This document shows positions 18,727 to 29,205 of a stretch of DNA of 64,000 bases, piece by piece. The number at the start of each line of letters is the position of its first letter. Position 1 is the first letter of the stretch. Source of the DNA: an uncultured Gemmatimonadota bacterium (lineage in GTDB: Bacteria > Gemmatimonadota > Gemmatimonadetes > Palauibacterales > KS3-K002). Below the pieces are notes generated by a model. It was given only the letters and a program-made list of their open reading frames with translations, was not told where the DNA came from and made no database searches. Both the position numbers and the translations under genes were made by a program. The stretch covers positions 25,485 to 89,484 of the forward strand of contig CAYFSW010000091.1 in assembly GCA_964345885.1 (NCBI GenBank), given 5' to 3'.

Positions 18727-20916
18727 ATGTCGCGTTTCCGAAGGTTCATAGTCGAGGCGCATCGTCGCTCGATCTGGCAGGTGCTGCTCATCTACTTGGG
18801 CGCATCGTACGCCGTGCTCGAAGCGGTCGATCTTTTCACCGAGCGCTTCGGTCTGCCGGCCTGGTTCTTCCCGACCGCTGCCGTGCTCCTCTTGATCGGG
18901 CTGCCGATCGTGCTGGCGACGGCTATGGTCGAGAATGCTGAGGCCCCGGCTGGGGAACCTGGCCCCGCCGGCGGGGAGCAACCTGAGTACGCGCCGCAGA
19001 GCTCCGGCCGCCGGGTCAAACGTCGACTCACCTGGCGGAACGCGATCGCTGGCGCAGTGGTCGCCTTCGCGCTCTGGGGGGTGACCGCCGCCGGCTGGCT
19101 GCTTCTGGGAGGTGGACGGCCCGGTCGAGACGCCGCCACCGAAGCTGGGCTGGACCCGGATGTCGTAGCCGTCCTCCCCTTCCGCGTTGCAGGTGCCGAC
19201 CCTGCGATCGTCTATCTGAGGGAGGGGATGGTCGATCTTCTGGCGGCGAAGCTCACGGGCGAAGGGGGCCCCCGGGCCGTCGACCCGAGAGCGGCGATCA
19301 GCGCCTGGAACCGTGCCGGCGGCTCGAGTGACGCCGATCTGACGGAGGCAGCCGCCCTCGAGCTCGCCCGGTCTCTGGGTGCCGGTCGCGTTCTGCTCGG
19401 CGGCCTGGTTGGAACGGCCGGGCACGTGATCCTCAACGCGTCGCTCCTCACGGTCGATGCGGACGATCGCGGCGTCCAGGCGAGCGTCGAAGGGTCGACC
19501 GACAGCCTGACGGCGTTGGTGGACGGGCTCACCGCGCAGCTTCTGGCGCGTGGGGCGGGTGAGTCGCGGCAGCGGCTCGCCGCCCTTACCAGCACATCGC
19601 TACCCGCGCTGCGCGCCTATCTCGACGGCCAGGCAACCTACCGTAGCGGCCGCTTCGTCGATGCGGAACGACTCTTCCGCGAGGCCGTCGATCTCGACCC
19701 GGGCTTCTCACTCGCCGCGCTGGGCCTCGTGTCGGCGCGCTACTGGACGGAAAACCAGTTCAGCCGCGAGGCGATCAGCATCGCATGGGCGCATCGTGAG
19801 CGCCTAAGCGAGCGTGACCGCGCGCTTCTCGTCGCACTGGCCGGGCCGAACTTCCCGCAAGCGTCCCCGTACGCGGAAACGTTCGCCGCCCTGCAGCGAG
19901 CCGTAGACTCCGCACCCGACCGACCCGAAGCCTGGTACTGGCTGGGCGAATCGTACTACCACAATGCGCAACAGCTCGGCTACGCCGATGCGCACCGCCG
20001 CGCCGAGGACGCCTTTCGCCGAGCGGTCGAGCTCGACTCGACGTTCTCGGCGCCCGTCGGGCATCTCCTCGACCACGCGCTGATGAGGGGCGACAGCGCG
20101 AGAGCGGAGCAAGTGTTGGCTTACTACCTCACCGTCAACCCGACCGGCGAGTTTCGACTTTACGAGCTCTGGCAGACCGCGCAGACGTTCGGAGACAGCA
20201 TCGCACTCGACTCGCTGCGGCGAACCTTCCCCGAGATGAACGTTCTGCCCCTGCGCGCGGTCGTAAGGACCAGCACGCTCAAGGGTTACGACCCGGATGA
20301 CGCCGAGCTTGCTGCTGCGATCCTGCGCGAGCGGCCGGCGGCGCGGGGCGAGCGTGTTACGACGCTATGGCTGTTGGACCTGTGCACAGTCGAGCAATGG
20401 CGACTCTGGCACGGCGAGTTCTCGTCGGCGACCAGCTCGATCGAAAAGCTGCGCAGCTCGAGCTACCCGGCCGACTCGATCTGGACGGCGAGCGGCGCTA
20501 ATACGTGCGCATCCATCCTCGAGGCCGTTTACGCCTCGGCGACGGGGCAACCTGACAGTGAGATCCTGGTGGCGCAGCTCGACTCGCTCCTCCAACCGAT
20601 ACCGTACGGAGCCATCGTTCCGGAACGCCTCGACCGCACCGGCACGCTGGCCCTCGTCCGGCTGCTGGAATCGCAGGGCGATTTAGAGGCGGCCTATCGC
20701 GCCGTGCAGCGGCGCGAGTTCTTCCAGACACGCTACCTCGCGAATTACCTGCGGGAAGAAGCTCGGCTGGCAGCGCTGCTGGGCGAGCGCGAGGCAGCCG
20801 TGCGAGCTTACCGCCACCACCTGACCTTGCGGTCCGACCCGGAGCCGGCGCTGGCCGATGAGGTCGAGCGGGTTCGCGCCGAATTGGGGAGACTTACCGC
20901 CGAGTCGGGACCTTAG
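18727..20916 (+). CDS. Membrane-anchored TPR-repeat protein
   Basis: An N-terminal TM helix (WQVLLIYLGASYAVLEAVDLF) and a second TM, then a long helical TPR-like region (AWYWLGESYYHNAQQLGYADAHRRAEDAFRRAVELD...). Confidence 0.7.
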   Translation: MSRFRRFIVEAHRRSIWQVLLIYLGASYAVLEAVDLFTERFGLPAWFFPTAAVLLLIGLPIVLATAMVENAEAPAGEPGPAGGEQPEYAPQSSGRRVKRRLTWRNAIAGAVVAFALWGVTAAGWLLLGGGRPGRDAATEAGLDPDVVAVLPFRVAGADPAIVYLREGMVDLLAAKLTGEGGPRAVDPRAAISAWNRAGGSSDADLTEAAALELARSLGAGRVLLGGLVGTAGHVILNASLLTVDADDRGVQASVEGSTDSLTALVDGLTAQLLARGAGESRQRLAALTSTSLPALRAYLDGQATYRSGRFVDAERLFREAVDLDPGFSLAALGLVSARYWTENQFSREAISIAWAHRERLSERDRALLVALAGPNFPQASPYAETFAALQRAVDSAPDRPEAWYWLGESYYHNAQQLGYADAHRRAEDAFRRAVELDSTFSAPVGHLLDHALMRGDSARAEQVLAYYLTVNPTGEFRLYELWQTAQTFGDSIALDSLRRTFPEMNVLPLRAVVRTSTLKGYDPDDAELAAAILRERPAARGERVTTLWLLDLCTVEQWRLWHGEFSSATSSIEKLRSSSYPADSIWTASGANTCASILEAVYASATGQPDSEILVAQLDSLLQPIPYGAIVPERLDRTGTLALVRLLESQGDLEAAYRAVQRREFFQTRYLANYLREEARLAALLGEREAAVRAYRHHLTLRSDPEPALADEVERVRAELGRLTAESGP

Positions 20917-20927
20917 CTCAGAGAAAG

Positions 20928-21278
20928 ATGTCAATGAAACTGAGTGAATACCAAGCAAGGGCCCATCGGACGAGCCTGGAGACCTGCTACGGAGCGGACG
21001 AACTGATGGGCCGCCTGCTCTACCCGACGCTCAAGCTTGCCGGCGAAGCCGGCGAGTTCGGCGAAAAGGTGGGCAAGCTACTGCGTGACAAGGGCGGAGT
21101 GATCGGTCCCGAGGACCGGAACGCGCTGGCCGACGAGCTCGGCGACGTACTCTGGTACGTGGCCGAGGTCGCCACCGTGCTCGATGTCGACCTGGACGAC
21201 GTGGCGGCGAGCAACCTAGAGAAGCTTCGTAGCCGAGCCGAGCGAGGCATGTTACAGGGCAGCGGCGACGATCGGTAG
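20928..21278 (+). CDS. MazG-like nucleoside-triphosphate pyrophosphohydrolase (single domain)
   Basis: EAGEFGE...ELGDVLWYV is the MazG EExxE/D motif pair; 116 aa. Confidence 0.8.
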   Translation: MSMKLSEYQARAHRTSLETCYGADELMGRLLYPTLKLAGEAGEFGEKVGKLLRDKGGVIGPEDRNALADELGDVLWYVAEVATVLDVDLDDVAASNLEKLRSRAERGMLQGSGDDR

Positions 21279-21284
21279 TCTTTT

Positions 21285-21465
21285 CAACATCCACTAGCCA
21301 ATATCCCGTTATCGAATTTCAAGGATTACTCAAGTGTCATGGGTCGTTCTCCGTTCTCCGAGTTCCAATGATCTGAGCGTCGCTGTTCCAGTGGATGTTG
21401 GGACTTGATCCTTGTTACATGACTATACCTTGAACATCTGGTCACTGAGTGTCGGATATTGGCTA
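21285..21465. repeat. AT-rich intergenic element with two inverted-repeat pairs
   Basis: caacatccact (21285-21295) pairs with agtggatgttg (21390-21400). tagccaatatccg (21296-21308) pairs with cggatattggcta (21453-21465). Local GC is far below the genome average. Confidence 0.5.
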
Positions 21466-22454
21466 TTGAAATGAAAGCACCGCGCTTGTATTCCCGACGC
21501 GAATTCATCGGCACCTCGCTGACCTGCGCCGGGCATCTCGGTCTAATGGCCCTGCCCTTTTCTCCGTCTGTACGTCGGCTCTGGTCGTCACGGACGCGCG
21601 GCCAAATCGTCGCCCAGGAACCGTTCGCCCGACTCGAGGAGATCGGTGAAGGACTGTTCGCCCTGATATCGACTCCGCTGGGCGGCGACTACACCACGGT
21701 CTCCAACGGCGGGATCATCGTCGGCGGCGACGGTGTCCTGGTCGTCGAGGGCTTCATGAGCAGCGAGGGCGCTCGCTGGCTGGCGGAGAAAGCCAGGGAG
21801 CTCAGCGGACGCTGGCCCACCCACGCCGTGATCACACACTACCATTCGGACCATAGCAGAGGGCTCGACGGATACTACTCCGAGGGCGGCGGTCCTGATG
21901 CACACGCCACCCCGGTTACGCGCGAGCTCGTGCTCACGCGACGGGGAGGGCCGGCCGACGATCGAACCCAGAGGCTGTGGGCCGACGTCACGCTGCTGGA
22001 CGAGGAAGAACCGAGCCTCATCGACCTCGGTGGCCGGACGGTTGCGGTCGTGCCGCGTTCGGGGCACACACCGAGCGATGTCACGATCGAGCTGACCGAA
22101 GGAAGCACAGCGTGGTGCGGTGACCTGGTCTGGAACGGGATGTTCCCGAACTACGTCGATGCCACACCCACTATCCTATCCGAAGCGGTCCGGGCCATTC
22201 GAAGCGGCGCTTGGTCGACCTACGTCCCGGGCCACGGTCCGCTGGCCGACGGGGCGGACATGGAGAAGTACGTGGCTGTGCTGGACGATATCGAGGATGC
22301 AGCGCGCCGCGCCTTCGAGGATGGGGCCAGCGCGGAGGAGGCCGGCGCCGGTTACGAGATTCCGGCGGAGCTCGGCGAGTGGACGCTGTTCAATCCGCAG
22401 TACTTCCAGCGCGCCATTGGTGCCTGGATGCGCGAACTGGACGCCTCCGGGTGA
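21459..22454 (+). CDS. TAT-exported MBL-fold metallo-beta-lactamase-like hydrolase
   Basis: SRREFIGTSLTCAGHLGLMA is a twin-arginine signal. THYHSDHSRG is the HxHxDH motif. Confidence 0.8.
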   Translation: MAIEMKAPRLYSRREFIGTSLTCAGHLGLMALPFSPSVRRLWSSRTRGQIVAQEPFARLEEIGEGLFALISTPLGGDYTTVSNGGIIVGGDGVLVVEGFMSSEGARWLAEKARELSGRWPTHAVITHYHSDHSRGLDGYYSEGGGPDAHATPVTRELVLTRRGGPADDRTQRLWADVTLLDEEEPSLIDLGGRTVAVVPRSGHTPSDVTIELTEGSTAWCGDLVWNGMFPNYVDATPTILSEAVRAIRSGAWSTYVPGHGPLADGADMEKYVAVLDDIEDAARRAFEDGASAEEAGAGYEIPAELGEWTLFNPQYFQRAIGAWMRELDASG

Positions 22455-22584
22455 CGATCCGCTCCCCGTTGCAACGATGCCTAGCACCAAGCTGTTACGT
22501 GGATGGGAGCGTCGCTCGAGTTCCCTAGCCATACAACACACACAGACCTATTACTGTAGTTCCACCCGGTACAAGGAGAGAGCC

Positions 22585-24543
22585 GTGCGGAACGAGAGAA
22601 TCTTGAGCTGGAGGATCGCCGCGACGTTGATCTTCCTGACGGCGTCGGCGCTGGCCCTCCCCGGGAGCGGCCGAGCGCAGGCGACCTCGTACCTGGATTT
22701 CGATCAGCTCACGCGCCAGCTCCGATCCCTGGTGAACGACTCCGATATGGCCCGCATGAACTCGGCGGGTACATCGATCGAGGGCCGGGAGATCTGGGTC
22801 GTGGAGATCGGGAATCCATCAGGAAAGCCGTTGGAGGAGCGCCCCGCCGTCCTGGTGGTCGGAAACCTCGAGGGCGACCACGTGTTGGGCAGCGCTCTGG
22901 CGCTGGAGACCATCCGCTACTTCCTCGACGGAGCCCAGGACAACGCTGAGATCCGGACGGTCCTAGACGAACAGACAATCTACGTCTTTCCGCGGGTGAA
23001 CCCCGACGGTGCGGAGGCGATGTTCGCCTCGGTCAAGTGGGAGAGATCGAGGAACGCCCGCCCTTACGACGATGACAACGACGGCCGAATCGATGAGGAC
23101 GGACCCGAGGACCTGAACGGGGACGGACTCATCACCGTCATGCGCGTCCTCGATCCGTCCGGCGACTACATGATCGACACGGCGGACGCCCGCTTGATGA
23201 AGAAGTCGGATCCCACGAAGGGCGAGCAGGGTGAGTACACGCTCTACTGGGAGGGCACCGACTCGGACGGCGACGGGTTCTTGAACGAGGACGGGCCCGG
23301 CGGCGTCGATCTCAACCGCAACTTCCAGCATGCTTACCCGTATTGGCAGCGGGACGCGGGTCCTCACATGGTCAGCGAGCCGGAGAGCCGAGCGCTGATG
23401 GATTTCGTTATCGCCCACCGCAACATCGGCGCGATCCTGGCGTTCGGTCGCACCGACAACTTGGTGACGCCTCCCGACTCGCGCGGCAACGTGGCCGGCG
23501 CCAGCACCCTGGACCTGCCTTCGTTCGCGGATGCTTCCAACTCGGAGATCTTCGAGGTCGGCGTCTTCGGGGCTCAGCAACCTTCGGGCTTCGGCTTCTT
23601 CTTCTTCCGCGGGGGCAGAGGATCCGGCTTTCGCGGCGCGCAGCCGGGGCGCGACAACGACCCGAACTCCGGACGTAGGCCGGCCACCACGTTCAACCAG
23701 GCGGACCTCGAGTACTTCAAGGCCGCATCCGAAGCTTACAAGTCGATCACGGGGATCGAGTCGGTGGGAGTCCACCGAACGCCGGAAGGCGCCTTCTTCC
23801 AGTACGGTTATTTCCAGTTCGGCGTGCCCTCCTTCAGCACTCCCGGCTGGGGGCTCCCTTCCGCAGAGTCCGAAGAGGAGAGCGAGGAGAGTCCGGACAC
23901 CGGCCAGGCGAGACCCGAAGCCAGGGGCGGCGCCAGGCCGGGTGGCGCGGGGTTCGCGAGGGCGATGCCCCAGGGCACTCGTACCGGCGGCCGTGCGGGT
24001 GGGGAGGGCGCTGACGCCCGCATCCTCTCCGCCCTCGACGCCGCCGGCATCGACGCCTTCGTCGAGTGGACCGCCTACAACCACCCGACGCTCGGTGATG
24101 TTGAGATCGGCGGGTTCCGACCCTTCGCCGCGACGAACCCGCCCGCCGAGGAGCTCGCCGAGCTGGGGCGCGCCCACGGCGAGTTCGTCGCCCGCCTGGC
24201 CGGGATGTTGCCGCGGGTGACGATCGTCGAGGCCGAGGTGACGGCACACGGCGGCGGCATCTATACCGTGTCCGTGGAGGTCGAGAACTCCGGTTACCTC
24301 CCGACCTCGCTCCAGCACGGAGTCGTTTCCCGCTCGGTCGGTCCCACCACCGTGCAGATCGAGATTCCGCCGGAGGACCTGATCACCGGCGATGCGAAGA
24401 CGAGCACGATCCGCCAGCTGGACGGCTCACATAAGCGAGAGCGTTTCGAGTGGGTGATTCGGGGACGCGATGGGGCGAGGGTAGAGATCACGGTGCTCGC
24501 CCAGAAGGGCGGGACCGACAGTGCCACCGTGACGCTGAGGTGA
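22585..24543 (+). CDS. Secreted M14-family zinc carboxypeptidase (paralogue 1)
   Basis: A GTG start with an AAGGAG RBS; signal peptide ILSWRIAATLIFLTASALALPGSGRAQA. VGNLEGDHVLGSALALETIRYFL and the downstream Zn-ligand region are typical of M14. The ORF track's upstream extension (22120) lacks these signals. Confidence 0.8.
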   Translation: MRNERILSWRIAATLIFLTASALALPGSGRAQATSYLDFDQLTRQLRSLVNDSDMARMNSAGTSIEGREIWVVEIGNPSGKPLEERPAVLVVGNLEGDHVLGSALALETIRYFLDGAQDNAEIRTVLDEQTIYVFPRVNPDGAEAMFASVKWERSRNARPYDDDNDGRIDEDGPEDLNGDGLITVMRVLDPSGDYMIDTADARLMKKSDPTKGEQGEYTLYWEGTDSDGDGFLNEDGPGGVDLNRNFQHAYPYWQRDAGPHMVSEPESRALMDFVIAHRNIGAILAFGRTDNLVTPPDSRGNVAGASTLDLPSFADASNSEIFEVGVFGAQQPSGFGFFFFRGGRGSGFRGAQPGRDNDPNSGRRPATTFNQADLEYFKAASEAYKSITGIESVGVHRTPEGAFFQYGYFQFGVPSFSTPGWGLPSAESEEESEESPDTGQARPEARGGARPGGAGFARAMPQGTRTGGRAGGEGADARILSALDAAGIDAFVEWTAYNHPTLGDVEIGGFRPFAATNPPAEELAELGRAHGEFVARLAGMLPRVTIVEAEVTAHGGGIYTVSVEVENSGYLPTSLQHGVVSRSVGPTTVQIEIPPEDLITGDAKTSTIRQLDGSHKRERFEWVIRGRDGARVEITVLAQKGGTDSATVTLR

Positions 24544-26339
24544 TGGAAATGGACCAGTCAACAGGGAAAAGAACGGTGACGCGGATAGGAGTGGCCGTCC
24601 TGGCCATCGCCATCATCTTCGCCGGCGCGCCCGAGCTGCGCGCTCAGCAGGGCGGTGGCTCGGACCCGGAGCACAGGCTCCCCCTCACCTGGGATCGCTG
24701 GCTCGATCACGCAGAGATCGGTGAACGGATGAGGCTCATGGCCGATACCTGGCCCGACTTCCTGACGCTCACTTCGCTGGGCAAGAGCTACGGCGGCCGA
24801 GACCTCTGGATGATGACCATCAACAATCCCCGCACCGGGGCCGAGCGAACCAAGGCCGCCATGTTCGTCGAGGCCAACGTTCACGGGAACGAGATCCAGG
24901 GCGGCGAGGTCTGCCTCTACACGATCTGGTACCTGATGGAGAACTACGGCCGAATCGACGAGATCACGCGCCTGGTCGATGAGCGGGTCTTCTACATCGT
25001 ACCGACCGTTAACCCCGACGGCCGCGACTACTTCATGCACGAGACGGGCTCCGGGTCGCGGACCGGGCACGTGCCCGTCGACAGCGACGGGGACGGCCTC
25101 TTTGACGAGGATGGGCCCGACGATCTGAACGGGAACGGGATGATCGAGCAGATCCGCAAGTACGTTCCCGGTGAAGGTACCCACCGCATCAGTCACGACG
25201 ATCCGCGGATCATGGAGACCGTCCCGTCGGGCGAGATGGGAGACTGGATCCTGCTGGGGTCCGAGGGGATCGACAACGACGGCGACGGGCGCGTCAACGA
25301 GGACCCGGTCGGCGGTTACGACCCGAACCGGAATTACGGCGCCGACTGGCAGCCCAACTACATCCAGCGCGGCTCGATGAACTACCCGTTCGAGCTGCCG
25401 GAATCGCGAGCGACGAACGACTTCTGGATGAGCCACCCCAACATCGCCGGGTTCCAATCGTATCACAACTCGGGCGGGATGATCCTCCGCGGACCCGGCA
25501 CGGCCTGGCACGGCACGTACCCCCGAGAGGACATCCGCGTCTACGACGAGCTGGGCGAGACCGGCGAGCGGATCCTGCCGTACTACGACTACCTGATCAT
25601 CTGGCAGGGGCTCTATACGGTGCACGGCGGATCCATCGACTGGACTAGCGACGGGCTCGGCGTCGTCTCCTTCTCCAACGAGCTGTGGAGCGGGGGCCAG
25701 TACTTCGGCAGCCCGCTGCTACGCGAGCAGCAGCAGGGCCCCGACTCACCGATCTCTGGTCAGAAATCGCGCTTCTTCTTCGACGACTTCGTCGAGCTAG
25801 GCGACAACTACGTCGAGTGGGCACCCTTCGACCACCCAGAGTACGGGGAGGTCGAGTTGGGCGGCTGGAAAAAGTATTTTGCGAGGATAAACCCGCGCTT
25901 CATGAGCATGGAGCTCTTCCACCGCAACATGGCCTTCACTCTATTCCACGCCGATCAGATGCCGCTCATGTCCATCGGGGAAGCCACCGTAGAGAACGTG
26001 GGCGGGAACGTCTTCAGGGTGCGGGTCGACATCAGGAACGAGCGGCTCATCCCGACGATCACCGTGCGGGCGCGGCAGAACAACGTCGTGCGCCCCGATC
26101 TCCTCACTGTCGACGGTAACGTCGAGGTTATCGCCGCCGGCTGGGTGCCCAACAAGTTCCGGCCCGGCCCCACCGACAGAATCGATCAGGAAGAACTCGA
26201 CCGCATCATCATCCGCAGCGGCCACCCCGGCCGCACGACCCGGACCATCGAGTACCTGGTCCGCGGCTCCGGGACGATGACGGTCACGTATTCGGCGGTG
26301 AAGGGCGGCACGGTTTCCACCACCGTGCGGCTCCGCTGA
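24544..26339 (+). CDS. Secreted M14-family zinc carboxypeptidase (paralogue 2)
   Basis: Starts 1 nt after the previous stop, with signal peptide VAVLAIAIIFAGAPELRAQQ. NVHGNEIQGGEVCLYTIWYLMENYG is the M14 HxxE Zn motif. Its architecture parallels paralogue 1 (both end ...TVTLR / TVRLR). Confidence 0.8.
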
Positions 26340-26361
26340 TGGTCCGGCGGCACCTCAGCAG

Positions 26362-26763
26362 CTAGGAAGGGACGACTCGGAAGCCCTGGTCCTCGAAATC
26401 CTCATCGAGGGCCAGGGCTTCCTCTAGACCCTCCGCCTCCATCAGGACGAAGCTGACGCAATCCACAACGCTCAGCCGCCGGCGGTCGGTGCTGAACAGC
26501 CGCTCCAGAGCACGTCGGTGTAACCCCTCATCTACCCAGTGTACGGTCAAGAGAGGAACGACTCGCTCCCCGAAATCTCGAACCGCGGTGAGCCCAAATC
26601 GACTCTGTAGCAGCGTGCTCGTCTCGACCAAAACATAGTTTGTGGTTACCAGGCGCCGGTTCGCCTGCAACAGACCGCTGAACGCCTCAGCTACCTTCTC
26701 GTGATCCGCCTCGCTCCTAACAAGAATCGCGTAGAGTGCCGAAGTGTCGACGAAGACGCTCAT
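26362..26763 (-). CDS. vapC: PIN-domain toxin VapC
   Basis: MSVFVDTSALYAIL...TTNYVLVET...DCVSFVLMEAEGL carries the PIN acidic residues (D6, E, D, D). Confidence 0.85.
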   Translation of the reverse strand: MSVFVDTSALYAILVRSEADHEKVAEAFSGLLQANRRLVTTNYVLVETSTLLQSRFGLTAVRDFGERVVPLLTVHWVDEGLHRRALERLFSTDRRRLSVVDCVSFVLMEAEGLEEALALDEDFEDQGFRVVPS

Positions 26764-27023
26764 CCCCCGTACGCCTCCGGCAGATGCTCGTCATGGTCCT
26801 TTGCGACCCGCGATGGACCTGCCGGGTCGGAGTACTTCCCCACCACCGCCAACGCCTCGCGCACCAGCCCTTCCCGGCCAAGATCCAGACGTTCCCCAGC
26901 CAACCGCTCCGCGACACAGCGGCGAACCGCCTCCGACATCGAGATCCCGATGCGGTTGGCCCACGCCTTCAGGCGCCGGTGCATGTCCTCGGGCAGCTGG
27001 ATCTGAGTACGTACCATCTTCAT
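26760..27023 (-). CDS. vapB: Ribbon-helix-helix (CopG/VapB-type) antitoxin
   Basis: MKMVRTQIQLPEDMHRRLKAWANRIGISMSEAVRRCV is an RHH fold signature. It overlaps vapC by 4 nt. Confidence 0.75.
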   Translation of the reverse strand: MKMVRTQIQLPEDMHRRLKAWANRIGISMSEAVRRCVAERLAGERLDLGREGLVREALAVVGKYSDPAGPSRVAKDHDEHLPEAYGG

Positions 27024-27054
27024 GCCACCATTCTATGATATCATAATGTGATAA

Positions 27055-28791
27055 TCAAGCTGTCATCCCAGGGTCTGGCCCCGGCACACAGCGATCACAC
27101 CCTGCACACCGCCGGCGCGGCGAGTCCTCTCCGAAGTAGCGTAGCAGGTAGCGACGCCGGCACCCGCCTTGGTACGCATAGATCTCCATCCGCTTCAGCT
27201 TCCGCATCTCCAGCGCCCGCCGTGCGGCGACCTGCTCCCAGTCAACGGGCAACGCATCGGGTTCCAGCTTCAAGTCGGAGGGCACGTAGCCCGACCTGAG
27301 CCCCTCGTCGCGCCAGCCGAGGAGGCCGGCACCCTGAAGGGCATCGAGCGCCTGGCGTGCGGTGCCGAAGTCGCCGCCGGTCCAGCGGGCGATCTCGCGG
27401 CGCGAGATACGCAGGTGGCGGCGCTCGGCCTGGGCCGAGATCCGGGCCAGGCCCTCCAGCACGGGCAGCACAGCTATGTGCTCTTCCGAGCCGTTCTCGC
27501 ATTCGAGCAACTGGCGCACCTGTGCGGGGCTGGCGATCCATCTGACCGTACAGCTGGAGCGGTTCGCCGTGTCTTCGACGGCATGTGCATCACGGAGGAT
27601 GCGAAGCGCCGAGTAGATCTCGGCCTCGCTCTTGGCGTCCTTGACGCGAGCGGCGAACTGGGCGGGTGTGACGGGACCGCCGGCGGCGCACACGGCGTCG
27701 CGGAGCGCGCGGAAGGTCGCACGCACGACTTCGCGCGGCGGATACGAGGAGCGGATGAAGAACTCGTGGGTGAAGCGATCGCGATAACTGTGCAGCAGGG
27801 TGCACTCGGCGGGCCCGCCGTCGCGACCGGCGCGGCCCGCCTCCTGGTAGTAGGCCTCGAGCGATCCCGGCATCTGGAAGTGGACCACGCGCCGCACGTC
27901 TTCCTTGTCGATCCCCATGCCAAAGGCGTTGGTGGCGACGACCACCGGCAGGTTCCCGACCGTCCACTCTTCTTGAACTCGCGCCCGGCGCTCGCGCGGA
28001 AGGCCGGCGTGGTAGGCGGCGGCATCGATCCCTGCACCTCTAAGCAGTTCGGTCGCCGCCTCAACCACCTTGCGGGTCGACGCGTAGACCACCGCGGTCT
28101 CGTCACCGTTCCCAAGAGTCGAGACCAGCAGTCGAGCCTTCTCGCTGAGCTTCTCTTCCCGGCGCACGTTCCAGCGCAGGTTCGGGCGGTCGAAGCCGCG
28201 AACGATGACGCGGGACTCGCGGAGACCCAGCTGCTCGACGATGTCTTTCCGCACCTCGGGCGTCGCCGTCGCGGTGAGCGCTAAGAGGCGCGGCCGGCCG
28301 ATCTCCTGCCAGACATCCCGCAGCATTAGGTAGCTGGGCCGGAAGTCGTGTCCCCACTGGGAGACGCAATGCGCCTCGTCGACGGCGACCAGCCCGATCG
28401 TCATGGCGCCTAGCGCGCGCCGGAAGACGGGGCTGCCGAAGCGCTCCGGCGCCACGTAAAGCAGGTCGAGCTCACCCGCCGTCGCCCGGTCCAGCCGCTC
28501 GTCGATCTCGCCGCTCGACAGCGTGCTGTTGATGAGGGCGGCCCGGATCCCACGGCGCTCCAGGGCGCCCACCTGATCGAGCATCAAGGCGATGAGCGGC
28601 GAGACGACCAGGGTGAGACCGGGAAGGACGAGTGCAGGGATCTGAAAGCAGAGCGACTTGCCGCCGCCGGTGGGCATGACGATCAGCGTGTCGCGACCCC
28701 GCAGTATTGAGAGGATCGCCTCACGCTGACCGGGCCGGAAGTCGCCGTACCCGAAGTGCCGCTGGAGAGCGGACCGCGCCTCTGACCACAC
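27055..28791 (-). CDS. recQ: RecQ-family ATP-dependent DNA helicase (short form without HRDC)
   Basis: FGYGDFRPGQREAI...MPTGGGKSLCFQIPAL (motifs 0/I), DEAHCVSQWGHDFR (DEAH), ...YHAGL..., and a C-terminal Zn motif CRRRYLLRYFGE...CAGCDRC. GTG start. Confidence 0.9.
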   Translation of the reverse strand: MWSEARSALQRHFGYGDFRPGQREAILSILRGRDTLIVMPTGGGKSLCFQIPALVLPGLTLVVSPLIALMLDQVGALERRGIRAALINSTLSSGEIDERLDRATAGELDLLYVAPERFGSPVFRRALGAMTIGLVAVDEAHCVSQWGHDFRPSYLMLRDVWQEIGRPRLLALTATATPEVRKDIVEQLGLRESRVIVRGFDRPNLRWNVRREEKLSEKARLLVSTLGNGDETAVVYASTRKVVEAATELLRGAGIDAAAYHAGLPRERRARVQEEWTVGNLPVVVATNAFGMGIDKEDVRRVVHFQMPGSLEAYYQEAGRAGRDGGPAECTLLHSYRDRFTHEFFIRSSYPPREVVRATFRALRDAVCAAGGPVTPAQFAARVKDAKSEAEIYSALRILRDAHAVEDTANRSSCTVRWIASPAQVRQLLECENGSEEHIAVLPVLEGLARISAQAERRHLRISRREIARWTGGDFGTARQALDALQGAGLLGWRDEGLRSGYVPSDLKLEPDALPVDWEQVAARRALEMRKLKRMEIYAYQGGCRRRYLLRYFGEDSPRRRCAGCDRCVPGPDPGMTA

Positions 28792-28857
28792 GCCGCAGGA
28801 TCGCAGAGGCGCATCAACAAAGCCTCAACAGCAAGACTCGCTTTTGAGCGAGGCGAG

Positions 28858-29199
28858 CTAGGCGGGAGCTTTCTCCAGAGGTTGTATGCGGTTCAGCTGT
28901 TCCGCTTTCTTGGAGTGCATCGCCTCGTAAAGGTCACACTCCATCTGTCCGGTCAGCCAGAATTCAGGCGAAGTGCCGAAGAGCCTGCTCAAACGGAGCG
29001 CCGTATCCGGAGTAACCCTCCGCCGACCCTTGATGATCTCGTTCACTCTAGGATAGGGCACGCCGATGAGCTCAGCGAGCTTGGTCTGGGTCAAGCCGAG
29101 CGGCAGCAGAAAATCCTCCAGCAGAATCTCGCCCGGATGCGTCGGTGGCCTGCTGGTTGGAACACGAGCCTTGAACATGATTTCTTCTTTTTTCAACAC
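28858..29199 (-). CDS. higA: HigA-family HTH (XRE) antitoxin
   Basis: HPGEILLEDFLLPLGLTQTKLAELIGVPYPRVNEIIKGRRRVTPDTALRLSRLFGTSPEFWLTGQ matches the HigA/VapI antidote family. Confidence 0.85.
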   Translation of the reverse strand: MLKKEEIMFKARVPTSRPPTHPGEILLEDFLLPLGLTQTKLAELIGVPYPRVNEIIKGRRRVTPDTALRLSRLFGTSPEFWLTGQMECDLYEAMHSKKAEQLNRIQPLEKAPA

Positions 29200-29205
29200 C
29201 TGGTG

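Noticed and set aside
22120-22584. Upstream extension of the first M14 ORF (the track start at 22120)
   Set aside because: The extension overlaps the MBL gene in another frame and lacks an RBS. The GTG at 22585 has an AAGGAG RBS and is immediately followed by a signal peptide.
22963-24318. 451-aa minus-strand ORF
   Set aside because: Antisense to M14 carboxypeptidase paralogue 1; a shadow ORF.
27169-28284. 371-aa plus-strand ORF
   Set aside because: Antisense to recQ; a high-GC shadow frame with no recognisable domain.
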